Positions 8,562-18,421 of a stretch of 64,000 nt of DNA are shown in pieces. A model generated the notes under the pieces. That model did not search any database and was not told where the DNA came from. It saw nothing but the letters and a program-made list of their open reading frames with translations. This stretch comes from Candidatus Omnitrophota bacterium (lineage in GTDB: Bacteria; Omnitrophota; Omnitrophia; Omnitrophales; Aquincolibacteriaceae): NCBI GenBank assembly GCA_003140935.1, contig PLLJ01000039.1:76007-140006 (forward strand). Reading direction: 5' to 3'. The position numbers and the translations under genes are program-made. How positions within the stretch are numbered: position 1 is the stretch's first letter; the number at the start of each line of letters is the position of its first letter.

Positions 8562-9251
8562 ATGAAAAATCCTTTCTATTCGATCTACCGTGATTTCAAG
8601 GCTTGTTTCGAACGTGACCCGGCTGCCCGGACGCCGTTCGGCGCGCTCGAAGTCCTGCTTCTCTATTCCGGGCTCCATGCCGTGCTTTTCTACAGGCTCG
8701 CGCATGTGCTCTACACGCTGCGTATCCCTTTTATTCCAAGATTGATATCCCAGGTTGCCCGGTTTCTGACCGGAGTCGAGATCCATCCCGGCGCAAAGAT
8801 CGCTCCGGGATTTTTTATCGATCATGGTATGGGGGTCGTGATCGGAGAGACCACTGAGATCGGTGAGAACGTGACGATCTATCAGGGCGTGACGCTCGGT
8901 GGGACGGGCAAGGAACGCGGCAAGCGGCATCCGACGCTCGGCCATAATGTGGTCGTGGGCGTAGGAGCCAAGGTACTCGGGAATATCAAGATCGGAGACC
9001 ATGTGAAGATCGGCGGCGGATCGGTCGTGATCCACTCTGTGCCGGACCATTGCACCGTGGTCGGAGTTCCGGCCGAGATCGTGCGCATTGAAGGTAAAAA
9101 AGTCGAGGAAGTCGATCTCGAGCACGGCGATCTTCCGGACCCTGTCAGAGAGCTCAAGAACCGCGTCCTTGAACTTCAGAAGGAAGTGGAGTATCTCGAA
9201 GCCTTTCATAAGGGACAAAACCTTAAAAGCAAAAAAGCGGATGAAGGGTAA
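8562..9251 (+). CDS. cysE: serine O-acetyltransferase
   Basis: RDPAAR, GVEIHPGA, FIDHGMGVVIGET, KRHPT. Confidence 0.95.
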   Translation: MKNPFYSIYRDFKACFERDPAARTPFGALEVLLLYSGLHAVLFYRLAHVLYTLRIPFIPRLISQVARFLTGVEIHPGAKIAPGFFIDHGMGVVIGETTEIGENVTIYQGVTLGGTGKERGKRHPTLGHNVVVGVGAKVLGNIKIGDHVKIGGGSVVIHSVPDHCTVVGVPAEIVRIEGKKVEEVDLEHGDLPDPVRELKNRVLELQKEVEYLEAFHKGQNLKSKKADEG

Positions 9252-9254
9252 CGG

Positions 9255-9713
9255 ATGACAAAAAGAAAGGCTCCATCCGCCCGCCACCTTCCCTCCGCCG
9301 TCAAAAAGGGCAAGATCTACTCGGACGGAGGGGCCCGGGGAAATCCAGGGCCGGCGGCGATCGGCGTACTCATCTGCGATGAGAAGGACCACAAGCTGAC
9401 CGATCACGGTGAGACGATCGGCGAGACCACGAACAACGTGGCGGAATATACGGCCGTTGTCCGCGGCTTGACACTCGCGGCGGAACTTGGCATCGCGGAA
9501 GCGGATTACTTTTTGGACAGCGAACTTGTGGCGCGTCAACTTTCGGGCATTTACCGTCTTAAGGCCGAGCATCTCAAGCCGTTCTTTATGCAGGTCAAGG
9601 AGCTCGAAAAGAAATTCAAGCGCGTCTCCTATTTTCATGTGCCGCGCGAACATCCCAAGATCAAACATGTTGACCGGCTTGTGAACCTGGCACTTGATCA
9701 CGCGGGGAATTAA
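9255..9713 (+). CDS. rnhA: ribonuclease HI family protein
   Basis: DGGARGNPG, TNNVAEY, DSELV. Confidence 0.9.
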   Translation: MTKRKAPSARHLPSAVKKGKIYSDGGARGNPGPAAIGVLICDEKDHKLTDHGETIGETTNNVAEYTAVVRGLTLAAELGIAEADYFLDSELVARQLSGIYRLKAEHLKPFFMQVKELEKKFKRVSYFHVPREHPKIKHVDRLVNLALDHAGN

Positions 9714-9719
9714 CAGCAG

Positions 9720-9794
9720 GGGGCTCGTTCCTCGGGACTAGGGGCTCGCAAAACAAGGTTTTTGAACGAGTCCCGAGCGACAAGTCCCGAGTCC
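9720..9794. repeat. heptamer inverted-repeat pair, empty copy
   Basis: ggggctcgttcctcgggactaggggctcg ... cgagtcccgagcgacaagtcccgagtccc. Confidence 0.75.
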
Positions 9795-9836
9795 CAAAAG
9801 GGCGATGGCGCTTATCAAGGTGTCAGGAGGTTCTTT

Positions 9837-10196
9837 ATGACGCAAGCACTGTATATTCTCTTAGGGTTGACCGCCGGAGTGTTCGGAGGGATGTTCGGCG
9901 TCGGAGGCGGGGTGATCTTGATCCCGGCCATGGTGTATTTTTTCGGGCTGACGCAGCATCAAGCTCAGGGAACGACCCTGGCCATCATGGTGCCGCCTAT
10001 CGGACTGCTCGCGGCCTGGCGTTACTATCAAAGCGGGAACGTGAAGCTGGGAATGGCGGCTTTGATCTGCGCCGGATTCCTTGTGGGCGGCTACCTGGGG
10101 GCCGGTCTTGTGCAGAAAATCCCGGAACTTTTGATGAAAAGAATGTTCGGAAGTTTATTAATGCTCATCGCCTTGAAAATGATCTTCACAAAATAA
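9837..10196 (+). CDS. TauE/SafE family permease (half-size)
   Basis: GMFGVGGGVILIP, QHQAQGTTL; AGGAGG RBS. Confidence 0.85.
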   Translation: MTQALYILLGLTAGVFGGMFGVGGGVILIPAMVYFFGLTQHQAQGTTLAIMVPPIGLLAAWRYYQSGNVKLGMAALICAGFLVGGYLGAGLVQKIPELLMKRMFGSLLMLIALKMIFTK

Positions 10197-10234
10197 ACGC
10201 TGTTGTTTTTTCCATACAATCCTAGGAGGCTTCG

Positions 10235-11752
10235 ATGAAAGTTTCGTTAGCGGGACTCACAAAAGCAGGAGCCAAGGCAGACCTCTTCGTCGCGGGTTGT
10301 TTTAAGGGCGAAAAAGATTTGAAGGCGCTCAGGAGGATCGATTCCTCGTTCGCGAAGGCGGCGGAAACGGCCATTTCCAAAAAACGCTTTGAAGGAAAAA
10401 CGGGCGAGAGCTTCAGTTCTTATCAGGCCGGATATCGCCAAGCTCCGGAGATGCTGCTTTTGGGGCTAGGTGAAAAAAAAGATCTTAAGACCGCCTCTTT
10501 GAGGAAGTCGGTCGGGGCTTTGACCGGGCTTGCGAATGGCCACAAAGCCATGAAAGTTCGCGTGCTTTTGGACTCTTTTTTGAGCGAAGATATTTCTGCG
10601 GAAGAGGCGGTGAAAATTTTTACCGAGATATCTCTCCTGGCCGCCTACAAGTTCTTGCAGTACAAAACCAAGAAGAAGGACGATCCGCCGAAGGCCCCGG
10701 GATCCATCGAGCTTGTTACGGAAAAAAAGGAACTCGTTTCCACGCTCCGTTTCGTGATGGCGCGCTCCGAGAAGATCGCCAAGGCCGTTCTTTTTGCACG
10801 CAACCTTAACAATGAGCCCGGGAATGTCATGAACCCGCCGCGGCTGGCCAGCGAAGCCAAGAAGCTTGCCGCCGAGAAGAAACTGGGATGCAAAGTCTTG
10901 GGACTTGCCGAACTTAAAAAGCTGGGGATGAACGGGATCCTGGCCGTGAATCAGGGGAGCGTAACGCCGCCGGTCCTGATCATCCTGGAATACGGAAAGG
11001 AACACAAAGCCCAAGGAACGGTTTGCCTTGTCGGGAAGGGCGTGACTTTTGACACAGGCGGCATTTCCATCAAGCCTTCGAAGGGCATGGAGGAAATGAA
11101 ATATGACAAGTCCGGCGCGATCGCGGTCATCGCAACGATGGGACTTGTGGCGGATCTGAAGTTGCCGCTTCATATCGTAGGGCTCGCGCCTTCCGTGGAA
11201 AACAATGTAGCCGCGGACCCGCAACGTCCCGGGGATATTATCCGGATGTACAACGGGAAGACGGTGGAAGTGATGAATACCGACGCCGAAGGACGCCTGA
11301 TCCTTGCGGACGCATTGTCCTACTGCGAAGAGTTCAAACCGGTGGCGATCATTGATGCGGCCACGCTGACGGGGATGTGCCATCACACGTTCGGGGACAA
11401 AACTTGCGGGATCCTCGGGACGGATCAAAAATTGATCGACGCCATTCAAAAGGCCGGAGAAAAAGTCGGAGAGCGGTGTTGGCAACTTCCTCTTTGGGAG
11501 GAATACGGGGAATGCATCAAATCACACCACTCGGACCTTCGGAACACGGGCGACGGCTATGCCGGGACGATCACGGCAGCGATGTTCCTTAAGGAATTTG
11601 TTCCGGAGAAAACGCCCTGGGTGCATTTGGATATTGCAGGGACAGCCTATTGCTCGGCGAACCGCTTTGATTGCCCCAAGGGCGCGAATGGTTTCGGCGT
11701 GCGGCTTCTTACCGAAGTTCTTTCAAATTGGAGTCCGGAGAACGTCTCCTAA
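10235..11752 (+). CDS. pepA: leucyl aminopeptidase (M17)
   Basis: VGKGVTFDTGG, MKYDKSGA, NTDAEGRL, HLDIAG. Confidence 0.95.
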   Translation: MKVSLAGLTKAGAKADLFVAGCFKGEKDLKALRRIDSSFAKAAETAISKKRFEGKTGESFSSYQAGYRQAPEMLLLGLGEKKDLKTASLRKSVGALTGLANGHKAMKVRVLLDSFLSEDISAEEAVKIFTEISLLAAYKFLQYKTKKKDDPPKAPGSIELVTEKKELVSTLRFVMARSEKIAKAVLFARNLNNEPGNVMNPPRLASEAKKLAAEKKLGCKVLGLAELKKLGMNGILAVNQGSVTPPVLIILEYGKEHKAQGTVCLVGKGVTFDTGGISIKPSKGMEEMKYDKSGAIAVIATMGLVADLKLPLHIVGLAPSVENNVAADPQRPGDIIRMYNGKTVEVMNTDAEGRLILADALSYCEEFKPVAIIDAATLTGMCHHTFGDKTCGILGTDQKLIDAIQKAGEKVGERCWQLPLWEEYGECIKSHHSDLRNTGDGYAGTITAAMFLKEFVPEKTPWVHLDIAGTAYCSANRFDCPKGANGFGVRLLTEVLSNWSPENVS

Positions 11753-11792
11753 AAGCAGGAAAAACCCTCGGTCCAGCGGCCCTTGCGCGGCA

Positions 11793-11819
11793 TAAAGATT
11801 TTTGCTGAAAAGCCGTTAA
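11793..11819 (+). promoter_or_regulatory. sigma28-like promoter
   Basis: TAAA-N15-GCCGTTAA. Confidence 0.5.
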
Positions 11820-11857
11820 TGCAACGTCAGGAAAACGGCTCATTTTTCGGGAGGAAA

Positions 11858-12304
11858 ATGCCCATGAAAAAACATTTCTCTTTTCTTTTAGCTCTTCTGA
11901 TGATCTTCGCGTCTTTGTCTCCATCAGCCTTTGCGATGGGAGTCAAACAATTCGGAGCATCCTTGCTTTTGCCGACCACGGGTCAAGCCATGAACGGTGA
12001 GATCGGAGCCACCAAGACCAAGATCATGGCGGGCGTTGAAGTGGCCGCCGTGACCACGACGATCCTGCTGGCCACGCTGACCAGCGGCGGTCTTTTCTGG
12101 GTGGGGCTTGGGCCGCTTTTGGCCAACCACGCGTGGAGTGCCGCCGACGCTTATAAGACGGCGCGCAGCAACAACACGAACGATCCTTATATCCAACAAC
12201 AACTGACTTCAGCCCAGCGAACTCTGGACGCGTCCCGTCAGAGCCGTTTTGACCGGGAATCCGATATTCGCCAGAGGATCCTGAAAGCCGGCGAGCAGTC
12301 CTGA
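11858..12304 (+). CDS. exported/membrane hypothetical protein
   Basis: signal peptide, hydrophobic central helices, GGAGG RBS. Confidence 0.7.
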   Translation: MPMKKHFSFLLALLMIFASLSPSAFAMGVKQFGASLLLPTTGQAMNGEIGATKTKIMAGVEVAAVTTTILLATLTSGGLFWVGLGPLLANHAWSAADAYKTARSNNTNDPYIQQQLTSAQRTLDASRQSRFDRESDIRQRILKAGEQS

Positions 12305-12381
12305 TCCTCATCTATTAAAATCAAAGGTTGATCAGGACAGTCCAAGTCGCCATAAAGGGAATAAATAAAAGACTTGGACAG
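12296..12381. repeat. two-unit palindrome array CAG-unit-CAG-unit-CAG
   Basis: tcctgatc...gatcagga (39 bp) and tccaagtc...gacttgga (38 bp). Confidence 0.8.
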
Positions 12382-12416
12382 AACTAGAAATCGCTCTTTG
12401 ATTTTCTGATCTTGCG

Positions 12417-12449
12417 AAAGGCCTGATCCTCGCGATCAGGCCTTTTTTT
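12417..12449 (+). terminator. Rho-independent terminator
   Basis: AAAGGCCTGATC/GATCAGGCCTTT stem plus T run. Confidence 0.85.
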
Positions 12450-12542
12450 CTATACTGTTCTCCATTTAATTTTATGAGGTAACAGTATGGTGCCGCATCC
12501 CCTTAATTTTAAATGTCATGCGGCGCCAACCCTAAGGAATTC

Positions 12543-13874
12543 ATGAAAGACCATCAAAGACAGCTTGTTTTTTCGCAGCTCCGCATGGCGACCGAGGTTT
12601 GGCAAGGCGTCCAAAAGGATCCGATGCCTTCGGACCGGTGGCTTGCCCGCTATTTTTATCAGAACCGGAAAAAAGTCGGCTCCCGCGACCGGAAATTCCT
12701 TTCCGAAACGATCTACGCGATCTTTCGCCACAAAAGCTTTCTGGAGGCCTGGGTCGAAAAGGCCAAATCGCGCCCGATCATGAGCGAGCTTGAGAAGGCC
12801 GAATGCCTTTGTCTTTACGCCGCCGCGAAGGAGGGACTTGTCAGCAAGGAGGATTTTCACGGAATCTTCAAACAAAGCGAGAAAGTCTATGCCGCTTTGC
12901 GGGAGCATCTTCTTCCGGAGGAAAAAGGGCCGAAGTCGAAGGAAGAAATGATGGCGCTTCTTTATTCCTTTCCTTTGTGGCTGGTCCATCATTGGGCCGA
13001 AGCGTTCGGCGTCCAAGAAACGGAACGGCTGATCGGTTTTTTTCAGGCAAGGCCGCTTCTCGTGCTTCGCGCCAATACGCTTAAGATCAGCCGGAAAAGG
13101 CTCGTGGATCTGTTCCGCCGTATGGACGTCGAAGCCAACCCGACGATCCTGTCCTATTTCGGGCTGATCCTTCAGGAGCGGCGCAATGTGTTCGACACGC
13201 CGGCTTTCCGGGACGGGTGGTTCGAGGTCCAGGACGAAGGCAGCCAAATGGTCTGCCAGAAAATGGACCCCCAACCCGGGGAAAGTATTTGGGACGTTTG
13301 TGCCGGGGGCGGCGGGAAAAGCCTGCTTTTGGCGGCGATGATGGAGAATAAGGGACGCATCGTGGCGACGGACCTGCGTTCCTATAAACTGGAAGAACTT
13401 AAAAAGAGGGCCAAGCGGGCCGGGGTCTTTAATATTTTTCCTGCGGAGCTGGACCGCATGGCGGATCTCAAGCTTGCGCAGAGAGGGTTTGACAGGATCC
13501 TGGTGGATGCGCCGTGTTCCGGCACCGGGACGCTCGGCCGGAACCCCGACGCGAAGTGGAAACTCGCTCCCGCCTGGTTCGAGGCGCTCCCCAAAGAGCA
13601 GCTTGCGATCCTTGAAAAAGCTTTGCCATATCTTGCGGAACACGGCAGACTGTACTACGCGACTTGTTCGGTGGAGGCCGCGGAAAACGAAGAGGTCGTA
13701 AAAACATTTTTGACAGCGCATCCGGAGCTCGAGATCGTTCCCTGCGGAGATGCGGGGGAAAAATTCTTCAAGCTTTGGCCGCCGGAGAGCGGGACGGACG
13801 GCTTTTTTCTTGCAGTGTTTAAAAAAATCAATGAAGGAACAAAAGAGGGGAAGAAAACATGGAAAAAAAGATGA
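12543..13874 (+). CDS. RsmB/NOP family RNA m5C methyltransferase
   Basis: EVQDEGSQ, DVCAGGGGK, LVDAPCSGTG, YATCS, TDGFF. Confidence 0.9.
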   Translation: MKDHQRQLVFSQLRMATEVWQGVQKDPMPSDRWLARYFYQNRKKVGSRDRKFLSETIYAIFRHKSFLEAWVEKAKSRPIMSELEKAECLCLYAAAKEGLVSKEDFHGIFKQSEKVYAALREHLLPEEKGPKSKEEMMALLYSFPLWLVHHWAEAFGVQETERLIGFFQARPLLVLRANTLKISRKRLVDLFRRMDVEANPTILSYFGLILQERRNVFDTPAFRDGWFEVQDEGSQMVCQKMDPQPGESIWDVCAGGGGKSLLLAAMMENKGRIVATDLRSYKLEELKKRAKRAGVFNIFPAELDRMADLKLAQRGFDRILVDAPCSGTGTLGRNPDAKWKLAPAWFEALPKEQLAILEKALPYLAEHGRLYYATCSVEAAENEEVVKTFLTAHPELEIVPCGDAGEKFFKLWPPESGTDGFFLAVFKKINEGTKEGKKTWKKR

Positions 13875-14221
13875 CTTGGATCCTTGTCGGACTTTTATTT
13901 CTCGGGGCAGGACCTCTTTTCGCGGCAGAAACCGTCAAAAAAGAATGCCCCTTTAAAAAGATCGGCTTTCTGGAAAAGCGCGGGATCGTGAACTTCGCGA
14001 CCTCGCCCGCGGAACTGGTCTATGCCTTCAAAAGCGAAAAAAAAGCGCATCCCAAAGCTTGGCCCGTTACCTATATCCCGCGCTTTTTCACGAATGCGGC
14101 GATACGGGTGGGGTCCAGCGTGAATGATATCCTCGTGCTTCCCTGGTGTCCGACGGCATGCGACACCACGCCCCTGACGCGGCGTTTCGAGCTTCCGGAC
14201 TATGTTTGGCAAAAGGAATAG
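13859..14221 (+). CDS. secreted protein, TIGR04073-like
   Basis: signal peptide plus KRGIVNFATSPAEL motif. Confidence 0.55.
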   Translation: MEKKMTWILVGLLFLGAGPLFAAETVKKECPFKKIGFLEKRGIVNFATSPAELVYAFKSEKKAHPKAWPVTYIPRFFTNAAIRVGSSVNDILVLPWCPTACDTTPLTRRFELPDYVWQKE

Positions 14222-14258
14222 GCCGGCGGCTTTCCCGGCTTGATCCTCAGACCTCACG

Positions 14259-14999
14259 ATGAAAAAAGAGAATATCGCCATCATTCTTGTCTTTCCCGAG
14301 AACCCCGACAATATCGGAGCGGCAGCCCGCGCCGTCAAGAACATGGGTTTCTCGGACCTGCGCCTTGTAGGGCCGCCGCGGGCGTGGCGGGCCAAGGCCA
14401 AAAAAATGGCCGTGTCGGCGGAGGATATCCTGAAAAAAGGAAAGGAGCACGCTTCTCTTCACGACGCGGTCCGGGACCTGGGGCTTGTGATCGGAACGAC
14501 CCGGCGCCCGGGCGGACATCGCGGGGCTTTTCTTCCTTTTGAGAAAACGCTCGCGAAGATCCGCGGGAAATCCCAAAACCAGAAGATAGGGATCGTTTTT
14601 GGCCGTGAATCCAAAGGTCTCGCGAACGAAGACAGCGCCTCATGCGATCACTTGGTGACCATTCCCACGGGGTCTTCCTACCCGTCGCTCAATCTTGCGC
14701 AGGCCGTGATCGTCATGTTGTTCGCTCTTTGCCGGGAACGACGCTTTGAAAAAACGGCCTTACACGAAAGAGCTTTGAATAAAAAAGAGATCGAAATTAC
14801 GGTCTCACATTTTGAAGAAGCGCTGAAGGCGCTGGGGTATAAGAAAGGCGGATCGGATCTTCTGCCGAGGATCCTCCGGACTTTGCGGGGGCTCATCAAA
14901 CGGAACGGACTTTTAGAGCCTGAAGCGCAAATGATCAAAGGTCTTTCCAGAAAGATCCGAGAAAAAATTTTGAATGTTCGCGGTACAAGGATAGAATAA
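14259..14999 (+). CDS. TrmJ/LasT family SPOUT RNA methyltransferase
   Basis: NIGAAARAVKNMG, FGRESKGL, YPSLNLAQAV. Confidence 0.9.
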   Translation: MKKENIAIILVFPENPDNIGAAARAVKNMGFSDLRLVGPPRAWRAKAKKMAVSAEDILKKGKEHASLHDAVRDLGLVIGTTRRPGGHRGAFLPFEKTLAKIRGKSQNQKIGIVFGRESKGLANEDSASCDHLVTIPTGSSYPSLNLAQAVIVMLFALCRERRFEKTALHERALNKKEIEITVSHFEEALKALGYKKGGSDLLPRILRTLRGLIKRNGLLEPEAQMIKGLSRKIREKILNVRGTRIE

Positions 15000-15020
15000 C
15001 TCAAAAGGAGTCCTAAGATC

Positions 15021-15566
15021 ATGGACGAACAAACGCTCAAGCAGGAACTCTTAAAGCTGATCCAGGAAAAGGCCGTGGTGCGCGGGGAGCGCAAGCTGGC
15101 TTCCGGAAAGATCTCCCAGTACTATATTGACGGCAAGCAGGTCACGCTCGATGCGCAAGGGCTTTTCTATGCGGCGAAAGTGATCCTTCACATGGCCCAG
15201 GCGGTGGGCGCGGACGCGGTCGGAGGACCGACGCTCGGCGCGGACCCTCTCGCAGCGGCCGTGTCAGTCCTGAGCTCTCAGAGCGGAAAACCCCTCAAGG
15301 CGTTCATCGTCCGCAAAGAAGCCAAAGACCACGGGATGCAAAAGATGATCGAAGGACCCGCCCTGGTGCCCGGCGACAAAGTGATCATGCTCGAAGATGT
15401 GGTCACGACAGGAGGCTCGGTCCTGAAGGCCATCAAGGAAGTGGAAGCGCTCGGCGCCAAGGTCGTCAAAACGATCTGTCTTGTGGACCGCAATGAGGGA
15501 GCTTCGGAAACACTTTCCGGTTATCACTACTCGCCGATCTTCACGTTGAGCGACCTGGGCTTGTAG
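15021..15566 (+). CDS. pyrE: orotate phosphoribosyltransferase
   Basis: LASGKISQYYID, VRKEAKDHG, LEDVVTTGGS. Confidence 0.95.
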   Translation: MDEQTLKQELLKLIQEKAVVRGERKLASGKISQYYIDGKQVTLDAQGLFYAAKVILHMAQAVGADAVGGPTLGADPLAAAVSVLSSQSGKPLKAFIVRKEAKDHGMQKMIEGPALVPGDKVIMLEDVVTTGGSVLKAIKEVEALGAKVVKTICLVDRNEGASETLSGYHYSPIFTLSDLGL

Positions 15567-15586
15567 GAACCGGGCTGCAACACTCC

Positions 15587-15622
15587 AAAAAAAAAGCCCC
15601 GCTGAACGGCGGGGCTTTTTTT
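15587..15622. terminator. bidirectional terminator between convergent genes
   Basis: A run-GCCCCGC/GCGGGGC-T run. Confidence 0.88.
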
Positions 15623-15637
15623 ATTTCGAAAGAAATT

Positions 15638-16156
15638 TTATTTCTTCACGTAATCGTAAGCATTATGTTTTTGGGTCATGTGCTTGCGGGTCGGAGCGGG
15701 TTCCGTTTCCGTGACCGTCACGAGGGGCTCCTGAGGCGCGGCGACGGGCGCTACGGCTGGGACCACCGGGGCCTCGACAGGCTTTGCGACCTCGGGGGTT
15801 TCTTCTAAACAATTGTCATAAGAACGTGCCACGGGAAAACCGTTGAATCCCGGCACCCAGAAGAGAGCGACGTCCACGATCCCCGAGCCGGCGCGAAGTG
15901 CGGTGCAGGCAAGACCTCCTGCCATACCCGTCATGGTGCCGACGAGAGCCGGGCCTTCTTTCGACCGATTGACCGTCTGAACAAAAATGTCCACGGGGCT
16001 TGTGGCGGCATTAATGAATCCGCGGCCCAACATCCCGCCCATCTTTTCTTTGTAGACATCCGATTGTGCCATCTCCCAAGTATCTTTTGCGAAGCTCATC
16101 GGGACCAGCAAAAAAGTGCAGACCACAAGAGCCAGAAACATCTTCGCTTTCTTCAT
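15638..16156 (-). CDS. secreted protein, TIGR04073-like, Pro/Ala-rich tail
   Basis: signal peptide plus LGRGFINAATSPVDI. Confidence 0.6.
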   Translation of the reverse strand: MKKAKMFLALVVCTFLLVPMSFAKDTWEMAQSDVYKEKMGGMLGRGFINAATSPVDIFVQTVNRSKEGPALVGTMTGMAGGLACTALRAGSGIVDVALFWVPGFNGFPVARSYDNCLEETPEVAKPVEAPVVPAVAPVAAPQEPLVTVTETEPAPTRKHMTQKHNAYDYVKK

Positions 16157-16356
16157 GAACAACCCCCTTTTTTACGAATTTTTAAAGATGGCCGACAGAA
16201 CCCGGAAAATCTTTTCTAAAAGCCGAACAGACGTAGATACTACAATGAATAAAAATAACAAGCAATAATATTTTTCTTGTCGCCCTCATTTTTTTGTAAG
16301 CACATGAAGGGTAATAAGTTACAAAAATGGATAGAAAGACCAAAAACTAGCAACTA

Positions 16357-16385
16357 TTGACAATTTATAGTATATGAGATAGATT
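16357..16385 (+). promoter_or_regulatory. sigma70 promoter
   Basis: TTGACA-17 bp-TAGATT. Confidence 0.7.
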
Positions 16386-16446
16386 GTGTTGTATGATGTA
16401 GCTATAACTAGCTCAAAAATAGCAATAATAAACAAGGAGAACTAGA

Positions 16447-16671
16447 ATGGAACAAGCAAAAGAAGTGAGCAACCAGGAGCATCAATATCCCAAGAGAGAG
16501 AGATCCCAGATCATGACGCCTAAAGAAGCGGCGAAATATCTCGGATTCCATCTTGTGACGATCTATCGCTTGCTGAAGAAGGGCGAAGTTCCCGCGACGA
16601 AGATCGGCGGACAGTGGCGGTTTAAAAAAGATGTCCTGGATACTTGGTTGACGGACCGCATGAACGCCTAA
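16447..16671 (+). CDS. excisionase-family (HTH_17) DNA-binding protein
   Basis: MTPKEAAKYL...TIYRLLKKGEVPATKIGGQWRF. Confidence 0.88.
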   Translation: MEQAKEVSNQEHQYPKRERSQIMTPKEAAKYLGFHLVTIYRLLKKGEVPATKIGGQWRFKKDVLDTWLTDRMNA

Positions 16672-16706
16672 AGGATCCTCCGGGCTTACGAGGATGATAA
16701 TGATCG

Positions 16707-17825
16707 TCAGGTGAGTCGAGCCCCGGGTTTCCTTTCCGCAAGGCCTCTTTTGGGGAAAAGAGGATCGAGCGGCCCCTTTCGAACGGCCAGAGCGCGCGCT
16801 ATTTCCCTGTGCGGGGACGGAAAAGCGATACGGGCCAGTTTTGCGACCGGGAACCACCTTCCATAACGGTCCTTCCTGGGCGTCTTCTTTTCACACAACG
16901 ATTCAAAAACCTCCAGCGTGATCCTGTATTTCGTAAAAGCATGAGAGACGGTCAAAAAAGGGACCGGCCGCGGACCGGAAGACCGGAATTCTTCCAGCAT
17001 TTCTTTTTTATGCATCCAGAAAGGGAACATCCAAAGCCCGCCCCACCGTCCCTGCCGCGGTTGTTTTTCAAGCCAGACTTCATTTTTGGGATTTCGCAGC
17101 ACCAGGGCCGCCATCCTTAATTTTTCAGAACGGTTTTTCCGGGAACGGACGGGATAAAAGAGCTCCCTTCCTTTTTGACGGGCCGCGCAGCTTTTTCTTA
17201 CCGGACACCGGGCACATTGCGGATTCGAGGGAAAACAGACGGTGGCGCCTAACTCCATCAGCGCCTGATTCAGGTCGCCGGGGTTTTTCCCCGGGAGGAG
17301 CGACGCCGCGATCGACCAAAGTTTTTCCAGGGTCGCGGGCCGGTCCACGCTTTGAGCGAGGGCGAAGATCCTCGTGAGAATGCGGATCACGTTCCCGTCC
17401 AGCACCGGCGTTTTTTCGCCCCAAGCGATACTGGCGATCGCTCCTGCCGTGTAGCGGCCGATGCCGGGCAGCTTTCTCAACCCTTCCGAACTTCCTGGGA
17501 TTTTCCCCCGAAACTCCCTTTGGAGGTAGCTTACCGCTTCATGGAACATCCGGACCCGCCTGTAATAGCCTAATCCGGCCCAGAGCTCCAGGGCTTTTGA
17601 CAGAGGAGCGCGGGCCAGGGAGGAAAGCGTGGGGAAGGTCTTCAGCCAGCGCTCATAGTAAGGAATGACCGTCGCGACCTGCGTCTGCTGGAGCATGATC
17701 TCGGAAACCCAGATCCTGTAGGGATCGCGGGTATGGCGCCAAGGGAGATCTCTCTTGTGACGGGAATACCAGCGGAGAAGCGAACGGCTGAGTTTTGTGA
17801 GCGATGAAGAGGAAAGTTTGCGCAT
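16707..17825 (-). CDS. mutY: A/G-specific adenine glycosylase
   Basis: WVSEIMLQQT, WAGLGYY, LPGIGRYTA, DGNV, Fe-S CFPSNPQCARCPVRKSC. Confidence 0.95.
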   Translation of the reverse strand: MRKLSSSSLTKLSRSLLRWYSRHKRDLPWRHTRDPYRIWVSEIMLQQTQVATVIPYYERWLKTFPTLSSLARAPLSKALELWAGLGYYRRVRMFHEAVSYLQREFRGKIPGSSEGLRKLPGIGRYTAGAIASIAWGEKTPVLDGNVIRILTRIFALAQSVDRPATLEKLWSIAASLLPGKNPGDLNQALMELGATVCFPSNPQCARCPVRKSCAARQKGRELFYPVRSRKNRSEKLRMAALVLRNPKNEVWLEKQPRQGRWGGLWMFPFWMHKKEMLEEFRSSGPRPVPFLTVSHAFTKYRITLEVFESLCEKKTPRKDRYGRWFPVAKLARIAFPSPHREIARALAVRKGPLDPLFPKRGLAERKPGARLT

Positions 17826-17888
17826 AGCCGTATCATACTGGGTCGGAGACAAGCCGACAAGAGGCGGATGAAAAATGCTAAAAAGAGA

Positions 17889-17915
17889 TAAAGGAAACAT
17901 GTCGGAAGACGATAA
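17889..17915 (+). promoter_or_regulatory. sigma28-like promoter
   Basis: TAAA-N15-GACGATAA. Confidence 0.5.
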
Positions 17916-18015
17916 CCCTTAGGAATATTAGAGGTTGTCGGCGTCATCAAGTTGTGCCAGAATGCGGGAAAAGATGACGCTGCTTTAAGGCTTTAAAAAC
18001 CAAGGAGGAAATTCG

Positions 18016-18345
18016 ATGAAGAAGATCATGAGTCTGGTGATTGTACTCTCCATGCTGCTCGCGCCGTTGGCTTTTGCGGCAAGTCCGTGGGTGGATGGAA
18101 AAACCTATGGTGAGAAGGTCTCAGGAAAGCTCGGGTATGGCTTGACCAACACGGTTCTGGGTTGGACCAAGCTTTTTACCACTCCGAACCAATACTCCAA
18201 TGAGAAGAAAAATGTTTGGCAGGGAGTTGGACAAGGTTTGGTGGATACCTGCGTCACCACGGTTCTTGGTGCCGTTCAGTTGGTCACCTTCCTGATCCCG
18301 GCGGACATTGAAATCCCCAGCGCGGTGGATCTCAGCGGGAAATAA
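18016..18345 (+). CDS. secreted protein, TIGR04073-like
   Basis: signal peptide plus KLGYGLTNTVLGW...QLVTFLIP; AGGAGG RBS. Confidence 0.65.
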   Translation: MKKIMSLVIVLSMLLAPLAFAASPWVDGKTYGEKVSGKLGYGLTNTVLGWTKLFTTPNQYSNEKKNVWQGVGQGLVDTCVTTVLGAVQLVTFLIPADIEIPSAVDLSGK

Positions 18346-18363
18346 GCAGTCTGTTGGTTTTTT

Positions 18364-18396
18364 AAAAAGCGCCGGGTCTCAAAACCCGGCGCTTTT
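18364..18396 (+). terminator. Rho-independent terminator, possibly bidirectional
   Basis: AAAAAGCGCCGGG/CCCGGCGCTTTTT. Confidence 0.85.
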
Positions 18397-18421
18397 TGTT
18401 TCCAGTCCCCGCCGGCTTCCA

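Noticed and set aside
16447-16671. Prophage excisionase
   Set aside because: Stand-alone among housekeeping genes with its own promoter; no phage genes nearby.
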